In this document: positions 59,112 to 64,000 of the stretch, one piece after another
Numbering within the stretch: the stretch's first letter is position 1
Layout: each line of letters starts with the position of its first letter
Assembly: GCF_028368995.1 (NCBI RefSeq)
Contig: NZ_JAQNDL010000002.1
Coordinates: 1,088,001 to 1,152,000 of the forward strand
Origin: Nannocystis bainbridge
GTDB lineage: Bacteria > Myxococcota_A > Polyangia > Nannocystales > Nannocystaceae
Length of the DNA stretch: 64,000 nucleotides
Reading direction: 5' to 3'
Notes under the pieces: model-generated
Seen by the model: only the letters and a program-made list of their open reading frames with translations
Told to the model about the DNA's origin: nothing
The model's database searches: none
Program-made: the position numbers and the translations under genes

Positions 59112-60053
59112 TCAGGTTTCGTCGTCGCGGCGCTCGCCGAGGAAGTGCTCGAGCAGGCGGTCGAGCTCGTCGAGGCTGCCGTAGGGCACCTCGATGGTGC
59201 CGGCGCCCTTCTTCTTGCTGTCCGAGCGCACGGCCACCTGGACGCCGAGGCTGCGACGCAGGCGCTCCTCGAGGTCGCGGACGATCACCGCGCGCTTGTG
59301 CGTCTCGGGGTCGGGCTCGGCCTCGGGCTCGCTCGGCCGCAGCCGCTCACGCACCGCGCGTTCGACCGCGCGGACGCTGAGGCCCTTCTCGATCGCCTCA
59401 TAGGCGAGCGCCAGCATGTCCGCCGCGTTCTCGAGCGCCAGCAGGGCGCGCGCGTGGCCCATGCTGAGGCGGCCGTCCTGCACCAGGTCTTGCACCTTCG
59501 ACGGCAGGCGGAGCAGCCGCAGCGAGTTGGCGACGGTGCTGCGGTCCTTGCTCAGGCGCTCGGCCAGCTGGTCCTGCGTGAAGCCGCGGACGTCGATCAG
59601 CTGACGGAAGGCCTGAGCCTCCTCGATCGGCGACAGGTCGAGTCGCTGCAGGTTCTCGAGCACGGCCAGCTCGAGGCGGTCGCTCTCGGGCGTGTCGCGG
59701 ATGACGGCCGGCAGCTCGTGCAGCCCGGCCAGCTGGGCCGCGCGCCAGCGGCGTTCACCGGCGACGAGGATGTAGTGCCCGTGCAGGCCGGGGTTCGGCG
59801 TCACGACCACTGGTTGCAGCAGCCCGTGGCGCTTGAGGCTGTCGGCCAGCTCGCGCAGCAGGACCGGCTCGAACTGCTTGCGCGGCTGGTCGGGGTTGGC
59901 CGCGATCTGCTCGATCGGCAAGATGCGCAGCGCCGGGCCGCCCGGCGTGGGAACAGGCGAAGCCGCGGCGTCGGCGGAGGCCGGCGCGGGCGCCTGCGGG
60001 ATCAGAGCGCCGAGGCCGCGGCCGAGGGCAGGGGGCCGTTTGGGGAGGTTCAC
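59112..60053 (-). CDS. parB: Chromosome partition protein ParB
   Basis: ALGRGLGALI, NPDQPRKQF, GLLQPVVV, AGERRWRAA, ENLQRLDL, HTH QLAERLSKDRSTVANSLRLL; GTG start overlaps the parA stop. Confidence 0.95.
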   Translation of the reverse strand: MNLPKRPPALGRGLGALIPQAPAPASADAAASPVPTPGGPALRILPIEQIAANPDQPRKQFEPVLLRELADSLKRHGLLQPVVVTPNPGLHGHYILVAGERRWRAAQLAGLHELPAVIRDTPESDRLELAVLENLQRLDLSPIEEAQAFRQLIDVRGFTQDQLAERLSKDRSTVANSLRLLRLPSKVQDLVQDGRLSMGHARALLALENAADMLALAYEAIEKGLSVRAVERAVRERLRPSEPEAEPDPETHKRAVIVRDLEERLRRSLGVQVAVRSDSKKKGAGTIEVPYGSLDELDRLLEHFLGERRDDET

Positions 60054-60892
60054 GCGTCGGGCCTCGCTTCGATGCGGGACAGCAGCTCCTGGGCGAGGTC
60101 GAGGTAGGCGCGGGCGCCCTTGCTCTCGATGTCGTAGAGGAGGACCGGCTTGCCGTGGCTCGGGCTCTCGCTCAGGCGGACGTTGGGCGGGATGGCGGTG
60201 GCGAACACCTTGTCGGCGAAGTGCTGGCGGACCTCGGCGACGACCTGCTGGGCCAGGTTGGTGCGGCGGTCGAACATGCAGAAGACGATGCCCTCGATCG
60301 CCAGGCGGGGGTTGAGCGCCGCGCGGACGCGCTCGATCGTCCCGGTCAGCGCGCCCAGGCCCTCGAGCGAGAAGTACTTGGCCTGCATCGGGATCAGCAC
60401 CGTGTCGGCGGCCACGAGCGCGTTGAGGGTCAGCAGGCCGAGCGACGGCGGGCAGTCGAAGATGACGAAGTCCCAGTCGAGCTCCGCCTCGGCCCGCTCG
60501 AACGCGGCGCGCAGGACCATCTCGCGGCCGTGGACGCTCACGAGCTCGATCTCGGCGCCCGTCAGGTCGGGCGATGCCGGGATGACCTGAAGCGTCGGCA
60601 GCTCGGTCGCGTGGACCACGGCCTTGAGCGGGGCGGCGCCCAGCATCAGCTCGTAGGTGCCTGTGTCGACCTGGCCACGCGTGTAGCCGACCGCGGAGCT
60701 GGCGTTGCCCTGGGGGTCGAGATCGACGAGGAGGACCTTGCGCTCGGCTGCGGCCAGGCTGGCGGCGAGGTTGACGGCGGTGGTCGTCTTGCCCTCGCCG
60801 CCCTTTTGGTTGCTGACAGCGACGATCCGCGGCCGCCGCCGCGCGGGCGACCTCGATGCGGTGACCTTCGGCACGGGGCCACTCCCTACCAC
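60050..60892 (-). CDS. parA: Chromosome partition ATPase ParA/Soj
   Basis: NQKGGEGKTTTAVNL, DLDPQGNAS, DCPPSLGLLT, IPPNVRLSESPSHG; start may be GTG 60874. Confidence 0.93.
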   Translation of the reverse strand: MVGSGPVPKVTASRSPARRRPRIVAVSNQKGGEGKTTTAVNLAASLAAAERKVLLVDLDPQGNASSAVGYTRGQVDTGTYELMLGAAPLKAVVHATELPTLQVIPASPDLTGAEIELVSVHGREMVLRAAFERAEAELDWDFVIFDCPPSLGLLTLNALVAADTVLIPMQAKYFSLEGLGALTGTIERVRAALNPRLAIEGIVFCMFDRRTNLAQQVVAEVRQHFADKVFATAIPPNVRLSESPSHGKPVLLYDIESKGARAYLDLAQELLSRIEARPDA

Positions 60893-60986
60893 GGCCGGAG
60901 CCGCGCTGCTCGCCCGTGAAGAGGAGGTTAGTGTGATTCAAGGTCGTTTTCTTGCCCACATGTGGGACAAGACTTACAAGGTGGGC

Positions 60987-61160
60987 ATGAGCTACTACCG
61001 CACGGCGTTCACCAGCTTCGAAGAGTTCCAGCGCGAGGCCCTGCACGGCGAGTGTGACGACCTCGGCAAGGAAGAGCTCGAGCTCATCTACGACCTCGAG
61101 GACAGCGACAACCTGGTGCGGCCGGCTGCTCGTGCGCGTCGGCGACGGAGCCGCGAGTAG
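60987..61160 (+). CDS. Small hypothetical protein (57 aa), acidic with basic tail
   Basis: MSYYRTAFTSFEEFQREAL...RARRRRSRE; strong GC3 codon bias; AAGGTGG upstream; alternative start 60960. Confidence 0.55.
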   Translation: MSYYRTAFTSFEEFQREALHGECDDLGKEELELIYDLEDSDNLVRPAARARRRRSRE

Positions 61161-61288
61161 GCCATGGCCGCGATGACCGGGACCTTCGCCGCGAACCCCA
61201 TCGCGGCCGCCCAGGGGGGCGATCTTTCGACCCTCCTGCTCGGCGCTTCGAAGCTGATCGTGTTCGGGATTTTGAGCTGTGCCGTGTC

Positions 61289-62656
61289 TCAAAGCCCCGG
61301 GCTCGGCGCCGCGAAGTCCCAGCTGTCCGGCGCGTCGGGTGCCTCCGGCGCGGCGCGGACCAGCGCGGCCTCCTGGGTCGCCGGGTCAGGCGCCGCCAGC
61401 GGATCGGGCCAGGCGCGGTAGCTGCTCCGCAGCTCGCCGAGGTCGTCGCGCAGCACGACCGGCTCGACGTTGCCGAGCCCCGCGTTGGCGAGCGCGTTGT
61501 CGTCGGTCCGCAGGACCAGCGCCGCGCCGACCGGCCCCTCGTACAGTGAACCGACGAGCAGGGCCTTGCGGCCAGGTGCGAGGCAGGTGTTCGGCGCGCA
61601 GCCGCCGTCGCCGCTGAAGTAGAGCAGGGGATCGACGCCCGGCGCACCGGGATCGACGGAGTCGGCCAGCGTGAAGCCGGCGAGGTCGACGGCGCCAGGC
61701 CCGAGGTTGACGACCTCGACGAACTCGGCGTGCTTCTCGAGGCTGGCCGGCCCGGACGGGTTGCTGAGCACCTCGACGATCGCCAGGGTCGCGGGCAGGG
61801 ACGGCTCGCCGGTGCTGTCGTCATCGCCGCCGAGCACGGGCAGCTCACCCGGACTCGGGGCGCAGGCGATCCAGTCGGCGGCGCTGTCGCTGTCGACCGC
61901 CGGATCGACGCGACACAGCGACTCGCCGGCGCCAGGCACCGCCGCGGGTGGGCCGCTCCACAGCGCGGGATCGTCGAAGGGCGCCGGCTGCGTCGCGCCG
62001 TAGAGGAGTGTGTCGCCGAGGTTGCCGTCCTGATCGCGCAGGCCGACGGCGCCGTCGTCGTTGCGCAGGCCGCCGCTGTCGGCGAACGCGGCGCGCAGGA
62101 CCTCGCCTTCGCGCAGGATGGCCGGGACCGGCAGGTCGGCGGGGCTGGCGTAGCGCAGCAGCAGCAGGCGTTCGCCAGGCTGCAGCACTTCGCCGCCGAT
62201 CCCGAGATCGCCCATCCACAGCTCGGGCCAGCTGCGCGCCGCGACCACCAGCCCGCCGAGCGTCAGCGGTTGTTCGCCGACGTGGGCGATCTCGACGAAC
62301 TCCGGGCTGGTGGCGCCGCCGTCCTTGCCGTCGGGATCGGCCATCACCTCCGTGATCCGCAGCACGCCGAGGGCGATGCTCGGCTCGCCGAATGTGTCCG
62401 TGAGGACAGGTCCTCCGGACCCTGTCCCCAGGGTCGAAGTGGCCTCGGGCAGCCCGAGGTCGACCGGCGCGGCGCCCCAGTCGGTGAGGCTCGGCCAGGT
62501 GGTGGTGTCGGCCGCGGTCGAGGTCCCGAGGCCGGTGCTGCCGGTCGTGGAGGTCGAGGTGTCGGCGGGGACGCCGGCGGGCTGCGGACTCCAGGCGCCG
62601 CAAGCGGCCGTGAACGCGAAGAAGAAGAGGGGAGTGACGAGGTGTCGTGAGTGCAC
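61289..62656 (-). CDS. Lipoprotein with two lamin-tail-like domains
   Basis: GTG start MHSRHLVTPLFFFAFTAAC (lipobox), T-rich linker, LRITEVMADPDG...EFVEI and LAIVEVLSNPSG...EFVEVVN, each ending in PSPG. Confidence 0.8.
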   Translation of the reverse strand: MHSRHLVTPLFFFAFTAACGAWSPQPAGVPADTSTSTTGSTGLGTSTAADTTTWPSLTDWGAAPVDLGLPEATSTLGTGSGGPVLTDTFGEPSIALGVLRITEVMADPDGKDGGATSPEFVEIAHVGEQPLTLGGLVVAARSWPELWMGDLGIGGEVLQPGERLLLLRYASPADLPVPAILREGEVLRAAFADSGGLRNDDGAVGLRDQDGNLGDTLLYGATQPAPFDDPALWSGPPAAVPGAGESLCRVDPAVDSDSAADWIACAPSPGELPVLGGDDDSTGEPSLPATLAIVEVLSNPSGPASLEKHAEFVEVVNLGPGAVDLAGFTLADSVDPGAPGVDPLLYFSGDGGCAPNTCLAPGRKALLVGSLYEGPVGAALVLRTDDNALANAGLGNVEPVVLRDDLGELRSSYRAWPDPLAAPDPATQEAALVRAAPEAPDAPDSWDFAAPSPGL

Positions 62657-62751
62657 ACCCGGAGGTCGTGGTTCGCGGGGTCGGTCTTGCAGCCCGGACG
62701 CGAAAGTTGAGCGCGGCGATGCGTGAGGCCGCGCCACAACTCGCGTTGGGG

Positions 62752-64000
<1,249 letters not shown>

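Overview
Very GC-rich chromosomal DNA that looks myxobacterial (Nannocystis/Plesiocystis-like). This is inferred from the gene content: many lipoproteins with T/S/G/D-rich linkers, a PEGA Ser/Thr kinase, FHA proteins, an Hsp70 paralog and a sigma54 activator. Core genes include dksA, lgt, tRNA-Val(CAC), icmF, alpha-2-macroglobulin, mutS, xerC, a dnaJ-like/dnaK-like pair, pyrK/pyrD, psd, an RpoD-type sigma factor, folD and parA/parB. I found no prophage, IS or CRISPR array. The most striking unexplained signal is a dispersed 14-bp palindromic DNA unit, consensus TGYYC-N4-GRRCA (best form TGTCC-N4-GGACA). It forms head-to-tail arrays in exact 14-bp phase, up to 6-7 units long, at about 25 loci. 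The largest arrays sit at gene 3' ends (beside parB, after xerC). Smaller arrays lie inside coding sequences (mutS, xerC, pyrK, lgt and others). The unit is also the building block of a ~2.2-kb repeat expansion in an ECF-sigma/anti-sigma-like fusion gene, and degenerate copies tile the promoter region of an XRE-family HTH gene, which is a candidate cognate binder. Other observations: a candidate antisense sRNA at the icmF 5' end, a sigma54-type promoter in front of the sigma factor gene, a leaderless-mRNA promoter architecture, and short duplications downstream of gene ends. All calls were made by eye, with no database searches.
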